IMG/VR virus record: IMGVR_UViG_3300029788_000344
Source: a virus
Direction: 5' to 3' (one strand)
Length of the DNA: 64,000 nucleotides
Under the pieces are notes generated by a model. It did no database searches and was not told the DNA's origin. It saw only the letters and a program-made list of their open reading frames with translations. Shown here piece by piece: positions 1 to 9,629 of this stretch. How positions within the stretch are numbered: the first letter of the stretch is position 1; each line of letters starts with the position of its first letter. Both the position numbers and the translations under genes were made by a program.

Positions 1-156
1 TTACTTCATCAGCCGGATCAGCAGCTCGTTCACGTCCTCTGTAGGCTTGCCGCCGGCCAGCAGCTTGTTCCGGAAGGCCAACATCGCCGCTGTCAGCAGT
101 CGGCGCTCATCGGCGCATAGTTCCAAAACCCGATCTCTTTTACACCGCCCGAACAT
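1..156 (-). CDS. Small hypothetical protein (51 aa); complete ORF with GAGGTG RBS
   Basis: The reverse complement of 1-156 gives MFGRCKRDRVLELCADERRLLTAAMLAFRNKLLAGGKPTEDVNELLIRLMK with the stop codon at positions 1-3. GAGGTG lies 6 nt upstream of the ATG. No family recognised. Confidence 0.3.
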   Translation of the reverse strand: MFGRCKRDRVLELCADERRLLTAAMLAFRNKLLAGGKPTEDVNELLIRLMK

Positions 157-165
157 GACCGCACC

Positions 166-444
166 TCAGCAGTAGACCAGCTCAGAGAAGACGATCTCCT
201 CCGCGCGGCTGCGGATGGAGTTCATCCGTCCGACCCATTCCATCTGATCGGCGGCCTTGAGTTGTTCGGTGACGCCTTCAACTTTCTTCATTTGCTCCAC
301 GAGCCGGTCAAACATGGCCTGCGCCGACTCGCCGATCTCTGCGAGATGCCCATCCAGGGTCCCCGTCAGCAGCATCCCCGTGTAGATCCCGTCCATGTGT
401 ATGCGCAGATACCGTCTCCGCGCCGCTGCAAATCTGTTTTCCAT
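166..444 (-). CDS. tnpV: TnpV-like protein, short paralogue covering only the C-terminal part of the family
   Basis: The 92-aa ORF has an AAGGAGA RBS and an in-frame upstream stop. Its motif GVTEQLKAADQMEWVGRMNSIRSRAEEIVFSELVYC aligns to the TnpV-like gene at 12744-13091 (GVTEQLKVEDPME*VRRMNGIRARVTETVVERIID). The N-terminal TYTQ/GDYLLP-type region found in full-length TnpV is absent. Confidence 0.5.
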   Translation of the reverse strand: MENRFAAARRRYLRIHMDGIYTGMLLTGTLDGHLAEIGESAQAMFDRLVEQMKKVEGVTEQLKAADQMEWVGRMNSIRSRAEEIVFSELVYC

Positions 445-698
445 ATCGCGTCTCCTTTAAGCGCATTGTTCTTGTTTTCTTTCGCGTATATGATAGCCCG
501 TCGCCGCCCTAGAGTCCAATATGCAATAATCAGATTTGCAGACTTGACAGCAGAGAGACTCTTCAGGAGTACGGTTTGATGCTTGCCAAATCAAAGGTTT
601 TCTTGATCTCATAGAGATAGCCTCTTCTTTTTTCACTATTACGCCTTAAAGCAGCCATTTAAATAACTATCGAGCGGACAGATCCTCGAAATATTCGC

Positions 699-725
699 TT
701 TATTCGCTCTCAACGAGCGAATAAA
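699..725. promoter_or_regulatory. Perfect 11-bp inverted repeat TTTATTCGCTC-N5-GAGCGAATAAA; candidate operator upstream of the defence island
   Basis: The palindrome is read directly from the sequence. An ATTCGCT direct repeat lies just upstream. It sits in a 600-bp intergenic region preceding the XRE regulator gene. Confidence 0.35.
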
Positions 726-993
726 GTGAATTATCGGTGAATATTCAGTGAATTTTCAGGCACAAGGGCAGCGGTGCACACTTTTCAATAGAAAAGCAAG
801 TCTGAAAAATACACTTTTCAAATTTTCCCGGTGTTTCTAACAATCCAGAAAGCTCTCGAGCGGAGCACCGTTGCCTGGAAAAGTGCCCATCATCGGTACG
901 ACCATGAAAAAGCCACGCACCGGTTAAGCACGTGGCTCAAACTGCTGGATTGACAAAAGCCGGATATTATATCCGAAAATCATCAAATCTGAT

Positions 994-1021
994 TGATAAT
1001 TGGCGATTATTCTGCTATAAT
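994..1021 (+). promoter_or_regulatory. Sigma-A type promoter, TTGATA-16 nt-TATAAT, driving the XRE gene
   Basis: The -35 element TTGATA is at 994-999 and the -10 element TATAAT at 1016-1021. GGAGGG then ATG follows at 1063. Confidence 0.5.
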
Positions 1022-1062
1022 ATCATTGTGATTTTGTAAATTCCGACCAAGGAGGGTGAAAC

Positions 1063-1275
1063 ATGGCCGTTAGCTATAAAAAGCTCTGGAAGCTGCTCAT
1101 CGACAAAGATATGAAAAAGAGCGACCTTGAGCGTGAAGCCAAGATCACTCATTATGCATTAAGCAAGCTGTCTCAGGGGAAGGACGTCTCCACCGAGGTC
1201 TTAGGCAAGATCTGCAAGACGCTAAACTGCACGATAGACGACATCATGGAATTCGTGCCGGAGGAAGAGAAATAA
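1063..1275 (+). CDS. XRE-family helix-turn-helix transcriptional regulator (70 aa)
   Basis: The sequence is a Cro/C1-type HTH (KKSDLEREAKITHYALSKLSQGKDVSTEVLGKICKTLNC). There is a strong RBS and the gene sits immediately upstream of the restriction gene. Confidence 0.8.
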   Translation: MAVSYKKLWKLLIDKDMKKSDLEREAKITHYALSKLSQGKDVSTEVLGKICKTLNCTIDDIMEFVPEEEK

Positions 1276-1312
1276 CAATATCAAACTATCTGAGATAAAA
1301 GAGGAATAGTGT

Positions 1313-3100
1313 ATGGATCAGATTTTTAGCAATACCACGCTGACAGTCAATCAGCTCATAGAGAAAATTGACACGGGAGAACTCGGACTCCCGGAGCTTC
1401 AGCGTCCCTTCATTTGGAAGGATTCAAAGGTCAGAGACCTTTTTGATTCGCTCATGCGTGGTTATCCCATAGGTTATCTTATGCTGTGGGAATGTCCTTC
1501 CCTTGAAAAGAAAAAGTCCATCGGTGTTGATTTACATAGCTATGATTCTCCTAAAGAGGTCATCATCGACGGTCAGCAGCGTCTGACGTCCCTTTACGCC
1601 GTAATGAAGGGCAAGAAAGTTATCAACTCCAAATTCGATGAGAAATCCATCATTATCTCCTATAATCCCTTGCAGGACAAGTTTGAGGTCGGTTATCAGG
1701 CAACGAAGAAAGATCCCGAGTGGATTTATAATATCAGCGATGTGTACACCACTTCCAGCTCTTTCAAGTTTATCAATAGTTTTATTAAGCGCTTGTCTGA
1801 GTACCGAGAGTGCAAAGGCGGAGTGTTAACCGAGGCAGAGCAGGATACGATCTCCGAAAACATCAACGCTATTGTGAATCTGAAGAATCACACACTTCCC
1901 GTATTTGATATCAAGGCGAACGCAGAGGAAGAAGATGTGTCTGAAATCTTCGTTCGTGTAAACTCCGGCGGCGTTTCCCTGAAGCAAAACGACTTTATTT
2001 TGACACTTCTTTCCCTTTACTGGGATGAAGGCCGCAAGGAAATTGAAGAATTCAGCAAAGAATCCACCTTCCCCACAAAGGGTAAGACAACCTCCTATAA
2101 TCAGATTACCACGGTTGCTGCACAGGATCTGATCCGTGTTGTTATGGCATATGCCTTTGACAGGGCGAGGCTGAAATACGGCTACAAACTCTTGCGTGGT
2201 GCAGATTTTGATAAACGTGGTGCCGTGGATGGAGAGCTCCGCATCCAACGTTTTGATACGCTGAAAGATAAACTGCCCGATGTTCTGGATGTTCATAGCT
2301 GGCATGAATTCCTGAAGGCAATCATGAACGCCGGATACTTATCCGGAGATCTGATCCTGTCTGGCAATGCTATTTTCTACTCCTATGCGTTTTATCTTAT
2401 AGCTAAGCACAGGTTTCATGCCTCTTACAATGAGAATATGCATCTCACCTCGCTGTGGTTTTTCTATGCTTCATTGGTTTCTCTCTATACCGGTTCCTTC
2501 GAATCAACGGTAGAAAGCCATTTGAACAGTATAAAAGATCTATCAACACTTAAGGAGTACAAAGACTTCATTCTTTCAAGGGTGAATGAGCGTCTTACGA
2601 ATGACTATTTCGATATTACGCTTGTCGGCTCCGAGGGGTTGGCTGTTTCCGGTAAGGGCAATAACGCATGGAATGCCTATGTTGCGGCTTTGAACATCAT
2701 GGACGCCAAGATCCTCTTTTCTAAGAGCAATTTGTTGGTTTCGAAGTTGTTTGAACCCGGAACAGATGGTAATAGAAAATCACTGGAGAAGCACCATCTC
2801 TTCCCGAAAGCTCATATGAAAGCACAGGGCTATACTGACGCAAAAATCAATCAGATGGCCAACTACGCTTTCATCGACTGGAAAGACAACATGGATATTC
2901 TTGATGATGCACCTTCTGTCTACTATCCGATTGTGTGCGAGGGCAGAAGTGACGAAGAAATCCTTCGTATGGAAGAGGAGAATGCTCTTCCGCACGGATG
3001 GGAGAATATGCCCTACGAGGATTTCCTTGTGGAGCGCAGGAAGCTGATGGCAGCAAAAATCAAGCAGGCATTTGACCTGTTAAAGAAAAACGTAGAATAA
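1313..3100 (+). CDS. GmrSD-like type IV (modification-dependent) restriction endonuclease; DUF262 (ParB-like, DGQQR) plus DUF1524 (HNH-like)
   Basis: The N-terminal region has LPELQRPFIW and IIDGQQRLTSL, which are DUF262 motifs. The C-terminal region has EKHHLFPKAH, a DUF1524 His-Me finger motif. The length is 595 aa. Confidence 0.8.
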   Translation: MDQIFSNTTLTVNQLIEKIDTGELGLPELQRPFIWKDSKVRDLFDSLMRGYPIGYLMLWECPSLEKKKSIGVDLHSYDSPKEVIIDGQQRLTSLYAVMKGKKVINSKFDEKSIIISYNPLQDKFEVGYQATKKDPEWIYNISDVYTTSSSFKFINSFIKRLSEYRECKGGVLTEAEQDTISENINAIVNLKNHTLPVFDIKANAEEEDVSEIFVRVNSGGVSLKQNDFILTLLSLYWDEGRKEIEEFSKESTFPTKGKTTSYNQITTVAAQDLIRVVMAYAFDRARLKYGYKLLRGADFDKRGAVDGELRIQRFDTLKDKLPDVLDVHSWHEFLKAIMNAGYLSGDLILSGNAIFYSYAFYLIAKHRFHASYNENMHLTSLWFFYASLVSLYTGSFESTVESHLNSIKDLSTLKEYKDFILSRVNERLTNDYFDITLVGSEGLAVSGKGNNAWNAYVAALNIMDAKILFSKSNLLVSKLFEPGTDGNRKSLEKHHLFPKAHMKAQGYTDAKINQMANYAFIDWKDNMDILDDAPSVYYPIVCEGRSDEEILRMEEENALPHGWENMPYEDFLVERRKLMAAKIKQAFDLLKKNVE

Positions 3101-3257
3101 AAAACCCTCGTCCAATATAGGACGAAGGTGTACGACTGAAATCGAACTCATAACGTTTGCTTAGGAGACGTGCGCTGCGTCCATCTTGCATGGGCGGCAC
3201 GAAAACGCTGAATCGCCCTTTCAAACGTGTGAGTTTGGAAAGGGGGATTCTCGTTTT

Positions 3258-5795
3258 ATGAGCGCAAAGGAAGCAAAGGCCCGAATAAAGATCAATAAGC
3301 TGCTCGAGGCCGCTGGCTGGCGGTTCTTTGATGATGAGAATGGCTCGGCTAATATTCAAGTGGAAGCCAATGTCAAAATCACGAAGAAGCAATTTGATGA
3401 CTTTGGCGAGAATTTTGAAAAAGTGAAGAATGGGTTTATCGATTTCCTGCTTCTTGATGAGCATGGAAAGCCCTTTATTGTCCTCGAAGCAAAATCAGAG
3501 GATAAAGATCCCCTTGTTGGCAAAGAACAGGCACGAGCATATGCCAAGAGCAATTTCGTGAAGTATGTAATTCTGTCGAACGGAAACATTCATTACTTCT
3601 GGAATATCTACAAAGGGAATCCTCAGATTATTCTTTCTTTTCCGACATATGAAAGCGTTCGGGAAAGCAAGGCTTTGAATGCTGACCCTTCCAGACTTTA
3701 CAACGAAGAGATTACGTCGGATTATATTGCTGTAGTTCGTGAACCACGTTATGTAGAGGCACCAGAATATAAAAACCCAGATACACGGGCGCAGTATCTA
3801 AAAGACCGTGGTTTACGGATGATGCGCAAATACCAGGTCAACGCCATCAAAGCCCTCCAGCAATCTGTGAGAGAAGGAAATCAACGCTTTCTCTTTGAAA
3901 TGGCAACAGGAACAGGGAAAACGCTTACTTCCGCAGCGGTCATTCGCTTATTCTTGCGAAGCGGTAACGCCAATCGTGTTCTCTTTTTGGTGGATAGAAT
4001 TGAACTTGAAAACCAAGCAAAGAAAAACTTTATCAATTACCTGAAGCCCGATTACGAAACCGTCGTTTTCAAAGAACATACCGAGGATTGGCGCAAAGCT
4101 GATATTGTTGTCTCCACAGTTCAGACACTTGCATATAACAACAAATACAAAACCGTGTTCAAGCCTACGGATTTTTCACTGATTATTGCAGACGAAAGTC
4201 ATCGTTCAATCAGCGGAAACAGCCGTGCTGTATTTGAGTACTTTATTGGATATAAGCTTGGCTTGACTGCTACGCCGAAGGACTATCTAAAAAACGTGGA
4301 TACTGATGACCTTGCGGCAAACGATCCTCGTGCTTGGGAGCGGAGGCAACTGCTCGATACATATCGCATATTCGGCTGCGAGAGTGGAGAACCTACTTTC
4401 CGGTATTCATTGATTGACGGAGTAAATGATCCCGACGGCCCTTACCTTGTGAATCCCACTGTTGTCGACGCCAGGACGGATATTACAACACAACTCCTTG
4501 CCGATGAAGGATACGCCGTTTTGCGCTCCGGAGATGAACAGGACGAAGACGAAGAGGAACCCTTCTTCGCACGTGACTTTGAGAAGAAGTTCTTCTCTGA
4601 CGAGACGAACAAGGTATTTGTCAAAACCTTTATGGACAATGCTCTGCGTGATCCGTTGACCGGCGAAATCGGTAAAGGCATCGTGTTCTGTGTCAGCCGG
4701 AAACATGCTGCGAAGATCACACAACTTCTCAACATCTATGCCGATAAGATGTTCCCGGATATGTACTACTCTGATTTTGCCATGCAAATCACATCCGACG
4801 TTCAGAACGCTCAGGAATATACGATAAACTTCCAGAACAATAATCTGAGTGGAACAACCAAGTTCCTCGAAGGATACCGATCTTCCAAAACTCGTATCTG
4901 TGTGACCGTTGGCATGATGACCACAGGATATGACTGTGAAGATCTGCTGAATATCGGACTGTTTCGTCCCATATTCTCTCCGACGGACTTCATTCAGATC
5001 AAAGGCCGTGGAACCCGAACCTACACCTTCAACTATTCAGAAAGCAAAGGCGGTGCAGTAGAAAACCATACAGCGCCAAAGGATACCTTTAAGCTGTTTG
5101 ACTTCTTTGGAAACTGTGAGTATTTTGAGGAGAAATACGACTACGATGAAGTCATAAAGCTGCCTCGTCTGGGAAGCGAGAGTACCGGAGCCGGTGGGGG
5201 CCCGGTAAGCGTTTCTGCGTTTGAGAATTTCGATCCGGATCCGCTGAAGACGATGACCGAAACAAAGGTCGGACTCCAAGGCATGAAGATTGACCGTATG
5301 TTCTTTGAAAAATTCGAAGACGAGGTCAAAAAGGATGAAACGGCAAAAGAGCAGTACGAGCAAGGCAATTATGCTGCTGCCCAGCGATATATTGAAGACA
5401 CCTATCTTCATAAGCCTGCCGAGTTCTACACTTGGGACAAGCTTCGCCGTGCAACGGGTGTGGATCGCCGTGTCACTGTGCGAGAAATGCTGGATAAGAT
5501 ATTCGACGCAATTCCGTCCTTCAAGAGTAAGAAAGAGCTGGTCAATGACGAGTTTGACGGCTACCTTCTGACCTGCGACGTTCCTGCGGGAGATTATCAC
5601 GAAATACGCCGCTTCTTTGAGACGTACCTGACTGACAAGGATGTGCGTCGAGCCATTGAGGATAAGAAGTTCCAGCTTCTCGGAACGCAGATCCCGAGCT
5701 ATACATTCTCCGACTTAAAGCGGTTGGGAGTCGCCAATATGAACAGCGTCATCGGCTACGTCAATGACAATGTCAATCTATCCAGATTTATGTGA
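3258..5795 (+). CDS. hsdR: Type I restriction enzyme R subunit (HsdR-like, short form) with an N-terminal PD-(D/E)xK nuclease and an SF2 helicase
   Basis: The HSDR_N-like N-terminus KINKLLEAAGWRF carries D-x-n-EAK (DFLLLDEHGKPFIVLEAKS). Helicase motif I is FEMATGTGKTLT and motif II is IIADESHRS. The start is set at ATG 3258 behind AAGGGGGA; the track ORF begins at 3186. Confidence 0.8.
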   Translation: MSAKEAKARIKINKLLEAAGWRFFDDENGSANIQVEANVKITKKQFDDFGENFEKVKNGFIDFLLLDEHGKPFIVLEAKSEDKDPLVGKEQARAYAKSNFVKYVILSNGNIHYFWNIYKGNPQIILSFPTYESVRESKALNADPSRLYNEEITSDYIAVVREPRYVEAPEYKNPDTRAQYLKDRGLRMMRKYQVNAIKALQQSVREGNQRFLFEMATGTGKTLTSAAVIRLFLRSGNANRVLFLVDRIELENQAKKNFINYLKPDYETVVFKEHTEDWRKADIVVSTVQTLAYNNKYKTVFKPTDFSLIIADESHRSISGNSRAVFEYFIGYKLGLTATPKDYLKNVDTDDLAANDPRAWERRQLLDTYRIFGCESGEPTFRYSLIDGVNDPDGPYLVNPTVVDARTDITTQLLADEGYAVLRSGDEQDEDEEEPFFARDFEKKFFSDETNKVFVKTFMDNALRDPLTGEIGKGIVFCVSRKHAAKITQLLNIYADKMFPDMYYSDFAMQITSDVQNAQEYTINFQNNNLSGTTKFLEGYRSSKTRICVTVGMMTTGYDCEDLLNIGLFRPIFSPTDFIQIKGRGTRTYTFNYSESKGGAVENHTAPKDTFKLFDFFGNCEYFEEKYDYDEVIKLPRLGSESTGAGGGPVSVSAFENFDPDPLKTMTETKVGLQGMKIDRMFFEKFEDEVKKDETAKEQYEQGNYAAAQRYIEDTYLHKPAEFYTWDKLRRATGVDRRVTVREMLDKIFDAIPSFKSKKELVNDEFDGYLLTCDVPAGDYHEIRRFFETYLTDKDVRRAIEDKKFQLLGTQIPSYTFSDLKRLGVANMNSVIGYVNDNVNLSRFM

Positions 5796-5804
5796 GGAAT
5801 CGCT

Positions 5805-8282
5805 ATGCTGAACTTTGATGTAAAAAAGAAAATCAATACCCTGCGGGATATCCTTGTCGGTAAGGTTCCCGATCCGAAGGCGCAGGTGGAGCAGATCACC
5901 ATTGCTCTGATATATAAGTTCATGGATGACATGGATCTGCAAGGAGCAGAATTCGGCGGGGCACGTGTTTTCTTCTCCAGTGATTATAAAGATTACGCTT
6001 TTTCTCAAATCATGCTGCCGGAGCACAGCGCCCAAGATAGGCTGAATTTGTACGCAGAAGGCATCGATAAAATGACCAACAATCCCGATCTGCCCAAACT
6101 GTTCCGGGATATTCTGCGCAACGCCTATATCCCATATCGTGATCCGGAAACGCTTAACCGCTTCTTAAAGGAAATTGCGGAATTCTCCTACGAGGACAGC
6201 GAAGAGCTAGGTAATGCCTTTGAATACCTGCTTTCCATTATGGGCAGTCAGGGCGACGCAGGCCAGTTCCGTACGCCCCGCCATATCATCGACATGATGG
6301 TGGAGATCACGGCTCCCGCAAAAAATGAATCCATCCTTGATCCTGCCTGCGGAACGGCAGGGTTCTTGATCAGCGCCTATAATTACATCAAAAAGAGCAA
6401 TCTGGACGAACATGGTAAATCCACGCTGGTGGCGGATGACATGACCCGGATGACTAAAAACTTTGCTGGCTATGATATTTCACCGGACATGGTGCGGCTT
6501 TCCCGTGTCAACATGTATCTGCACGGCTTTACATCGCCGAACATCAGCGAATACGACACGCTGACCAGCTTGGAGAAATGGGATGATAATTTCGATGTCA
6601 TTTTCTCCAATCCTCCGTTTATGACGCCAAAGGGCGGCATCACCCCGCATAACCGTTATCAGGTTTCTGCGAAGCGTGCGGAAGTCTTGTTTGTGGACTA
6701 TATTGCTGAGCATTTGAATCCCACCGGGCGAGCTGCCATTATCGTACCGGAGGGTATCGTGTTCCAGTCACAGACTGCGTATAAGAACCTCCGCAAGATG
6801 CTTGTGGAAGGAAATTACCTGTACGGCGTCATTTCCCTTCCTGCGGGTGTATTCAATCCCTACAGCGGCGTCAAGACCAGTATCTTGTTGATTGATAAGA
6901 CGCTGGCAAAAGAGCGGGACAGTATTCTCTTTGTAAAGCTGAATAACGATGGCTTTGACCTTGGTGCCCAACGCCGGGAGATCAAAGGCAGCGAGATTCC
7001 AGATGTGGTCAACATCTTCAAGGATTATCAAAAGGGTGTTGATGTTACCGGGCGGGAGAATGCTATTCTTGCGAAAAAGAGTGAAATTGCAGAACAGGAC
7101 TTTATTCTTGTTGGAGAAAGATATAAAACCGCTTTAGCAACTTTAGCAGCATGGCCTATCGTTAAACTGGGAGATGTTTGCGAGATAAACCCGAAAAAGT
7201 CTGAAATCAGCAATCTACCACCCGAAACAATAGTTTCATTTGTCCCAATGGCAACAGTTAATGAACATCGAAAGAGCTTTGTACCTACTGAAGAGCGAAC
7301 TCTATCAGAAGTTTACTCGGGATATACTTATTTCCAAAATGGTGATGTTCTTCTGGCGAAAGTAACCCCTTGTTTCGAAAATGGAAAGTCGGGGATTGCA
7401 ACAGGATTAACAAATAATATAGGATTTGGATCAAGTGAGTTTTTTGTGCTCCGTCCAAATCCTGATCGTGTGCTGTCAGACTATATTTACCGCCTTATAA
7501 GTACAGATGCATTTATTGAACAAGGAAAAACAAAAATGACCGGGACGGGTGGGTTGCAAAGAATCCCGAGAGATTTCATTAGCAGCTATTCAATCCCGCT
7601 CCCTCCGCTTGCTGTACAGGAAGAAATCGTTTCCGAGATCGAAAGCTATCAGAGAATCATAGACGGCGCCCGCCAGGTCGTGGAGAACTATAAGCCGACA
7701 ATCAAGATTGATCCGGCGTGGGAAACTGTGCCTTTGGGCGAAGTGTGCGTTACATCCTCAGGAGGGACACCAAAAAGTTCAAACAGAGAATACTATGAGA
7801 ACGGTACTATCAATTGGTTGAAGAGTGGCGAAGTGGCAAATGGCTATATCTATGCCACGGAGCAAAAGATTACTGAAAAGGCACTGCAGGAATCTTCTGC
7901 AAAAGTGTTTCCGCCAGAGACTGTCGTGGTAGCAATGTATGGCGCAACAGCAGGACAAGTAGGAATCTTGAAAATTGAGAGTTCTACCAATCAAGCGGTT
8001 TGTGGGATATTGCCTAATAAGATGTTTGAACCCGATTTCTTATATCTTTACTTGCTTTCTAAACATGACTATTTCGTGTCTCAGTCAACAGGAGGAGCTC
8101 AACCTAACATATCTCAAATGTTGATAAGGAAAACGCTTGTACCCATTGTCCCAATTGACGAGCAAAAAAGGATTGTTAGTGAAATCAGTATTGAAATGTC
8201 TATTGTCGAACAGAATAAGCGCCTGATTGAAATCTTCCAGCAGAAGATCAAAGACAAGATTGCCGAGGTCTGGGGAGCGTAG
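5805..8282 (+). CDS. hsdM: Fused type I methyltransferase and specificity subunit (HsdM-HsdS fusion with two target-recognition domains)
   Basis: It has an HsdM_N-type N-terminus, the FRTPRHIIDMM motif, the SAM site DPACGTAGFL and the catalytic NPPF motif. Two HsdS-like target-recognition domains follow (WPIVKLGDVCEINPKK... and WETVPLGEVCVTSSGGTPK...) with conserved spacer repeats. Confidence 0.8.
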   Translation: MLNFDVKKKINTLRDILVGKVPDPKAQVEQITIALIYKFMDDMDLQGAEFGGARVFFSSDYKDYAFSQIMLPEHSAQDRLNLYAEGIDKMTNNPDLPKLFRDILRNAYIPYRDPETLNRFLKEIAEFSYEDSEELGNAFEYLLSIMGSQGDAGQFRTPRHIIDMMVEITAPAKNESILDPACGTAGFLISAYNYIKKSNLDEHGKSTLVADDMTRMTKNFAGYDISPDMVRLSRVNMYLHGFTSPNISEYDTLTSLEKWDDNFDVIFSNPPFMTPKGGITPHNRYQVSAKRAEVLFVDYIAEHLNPTGRAAIIVPEGIVFQSQTAYKNLRKMLVEGNYLYGVISLPAGVFNPYSGVKTSILLIDKTLAKERDSILFVKLNNDGFDLGAQRREIKGSEIPDVVNIFKDYQKGVDVTGRENAILAKKSEIAEQDFILVGERYKTALATLAAWPIVKLGDVCEINPKKSEISNLPPETIVSFVPMATVNEHRKSFVPTEERTLSEVYSGYTYFQNGDVLLAKVTPCFENGKSGIATGLTNNIGFGSSEFFVLRPNPDRVLSDYIYRLISTDAFIEQGKTKMTGTGGLQRIPRDFISSYSIPLPPLAVQEEIVSEIESYQRIIDGARQVVENYKPTIKIDPAWETVPLGEVCVTSSGGTPKSSNREYYENGTINWLKSGEVANGYIYATEQKITEKALQESSAKVFPPETVVVAMYGATAGQVGILKIESSTNQAVCGILPNKMFEPDFLYLYLLSKHDYFVSQSTGGAQPNISQMLIRKTLVPIVPIDEQKRIVSEISIEMSIVEQNKRLIEIFQQKIKDKIAEVWGA

Positions 8283-8284
8283 TA

Positions 8285-9591
8285 TGGACAAGTTGGAAAA
8301 AGGGAAAAGGGCAACCGAGAAGACTCTTGAGAAAATTGGCGATGTGCCGATTAGTGAAATACCTGCTGAAATGATAGAACGAGGACGAGCAGCAACTGAG
8401 TCCCTGATTGCAAAATATGGTCATTTAACTGTGAGAGCAATTAATGCTGTCACTTTTAAAGATGAGCTTCGTGACGCATTTCCGGTATTCAACGATGAAC
8501 TTGATACTGATTTTCTTCTGGAATTGCTATATTTTTTCCCAATTGACAAGACATATATATCTACCGGAAGCTATGATCAATACCTCTATGATCTTGAAAA
8601 AACGGTAATAGATAATTATGATTCCGGGAATTATCAGGTTTCGTTTTTCTACGCTCATCTTATCTTCATGAGCTATGTATATTACTGTGTCGAAAAGGCA
8701 TACGACATTGAACCGGATAGAATGAAGGATGTCTTTTATCCGATCAATTCATATCATGGAAAGGATGACAAGCCTGATCTTGAGGACTATGGAAATGTCT
8801 ATGAATTCAGCAAGATACCCGAGAAAGATATTTTCAAAGTTTTTCATATCATGGGCATGGATGATGCTACGATAAAGGAGTTTTCTCGCTACATAAGCAG
8901 CCGGGATGACTATGCTCACGCAACCGGAAAGGGAAATATCTCCGAACAAGAATTCCGTCAAAATATCAAAACAGTTATCGGCAATATGAACACTTTAAGA
9001 GGCTTGTTCTTACCATATCTGAAATCTCGTTACGTCGAGTTTATGCTGGAACGTTTGGATGTCGACTATGATGTGGTTACAGACAATTTCAATGATTTTG
9101 TATTTGATAACTCTCTCTCGATTTGCGATCTTGATTATTTGTGTCATTTAGGGGTGAAGAACCTACAGGAAAGTAACGAGACACTAAGAACGAATTATCA
9201 GTCTACTCGGAATGTTCATTGTGCATTTATCGAGTATTGCAATGACAATGACGGTATTGCACTACCGGATGGGTATCCGTCGCTGAGGAATGAGAAGTAC
9301 TTGTTCTATCGATATAAGCATCATGCAAAAGACTATATTGAGAACGAGCTTGGAATCAACGAATATCGCTGTGTAAAAGATGGTGGAGAGTTTCCGGTAT
9401 ATGAATGCCCGGAATGCGGTGTGGAACAGCTTGCCTATGATGCGGATACCCATCGCTATCATTGCTTCGCCTGTGATGAGAATTTTACAGATGGAGATTT
9501 GGAATTCTGTGAGAGGTGCGGAAGTCTCATGCGTCGGAATGGAGAGCCGTCGATTTGCGATAATTGCATTGAAGACATGATGAGGGACTAA
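8285..9591 (+). CDS. Hypothetical protein (435 aa) with a C-terminal double zinc ribbon, embedded between the restriction-modification and pAgo genes
   Basis: Its ATG lies immediately after the hsdMS stop codon. The C-terminus reads CPECG...CFACD...CERCG...CDNC. No family was recognised. Start chosen at the ATG at 8285; the track ORF begins at 8227. Confidence 0.5.
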
Positions 9592-9629
9592 TTACTGCGT
9601 CGAACACCATGGAAACTATGGGAGGACCT

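Noticed and set aside
1826-2305. 159-aa minus-strand ORF inside the GmrSD-like gene
   Set aside because: It is fully nested antisense to a motif-supported gene.
3101-3257. Hairpin CCCTCGTCC-AATATA-GGACGAAGG after the GmrSD gene as a terminator
   Set aside because: There is no T-run after it on the plus strand; the A-run is on the wrong side. It may be an mRNA stability element, but it is not a convincing intrinsic terminator.
5037-5600. 187-aa minus-strand ORF inside hsdR
   Set aside because: It is nested antisense and has no RBS.
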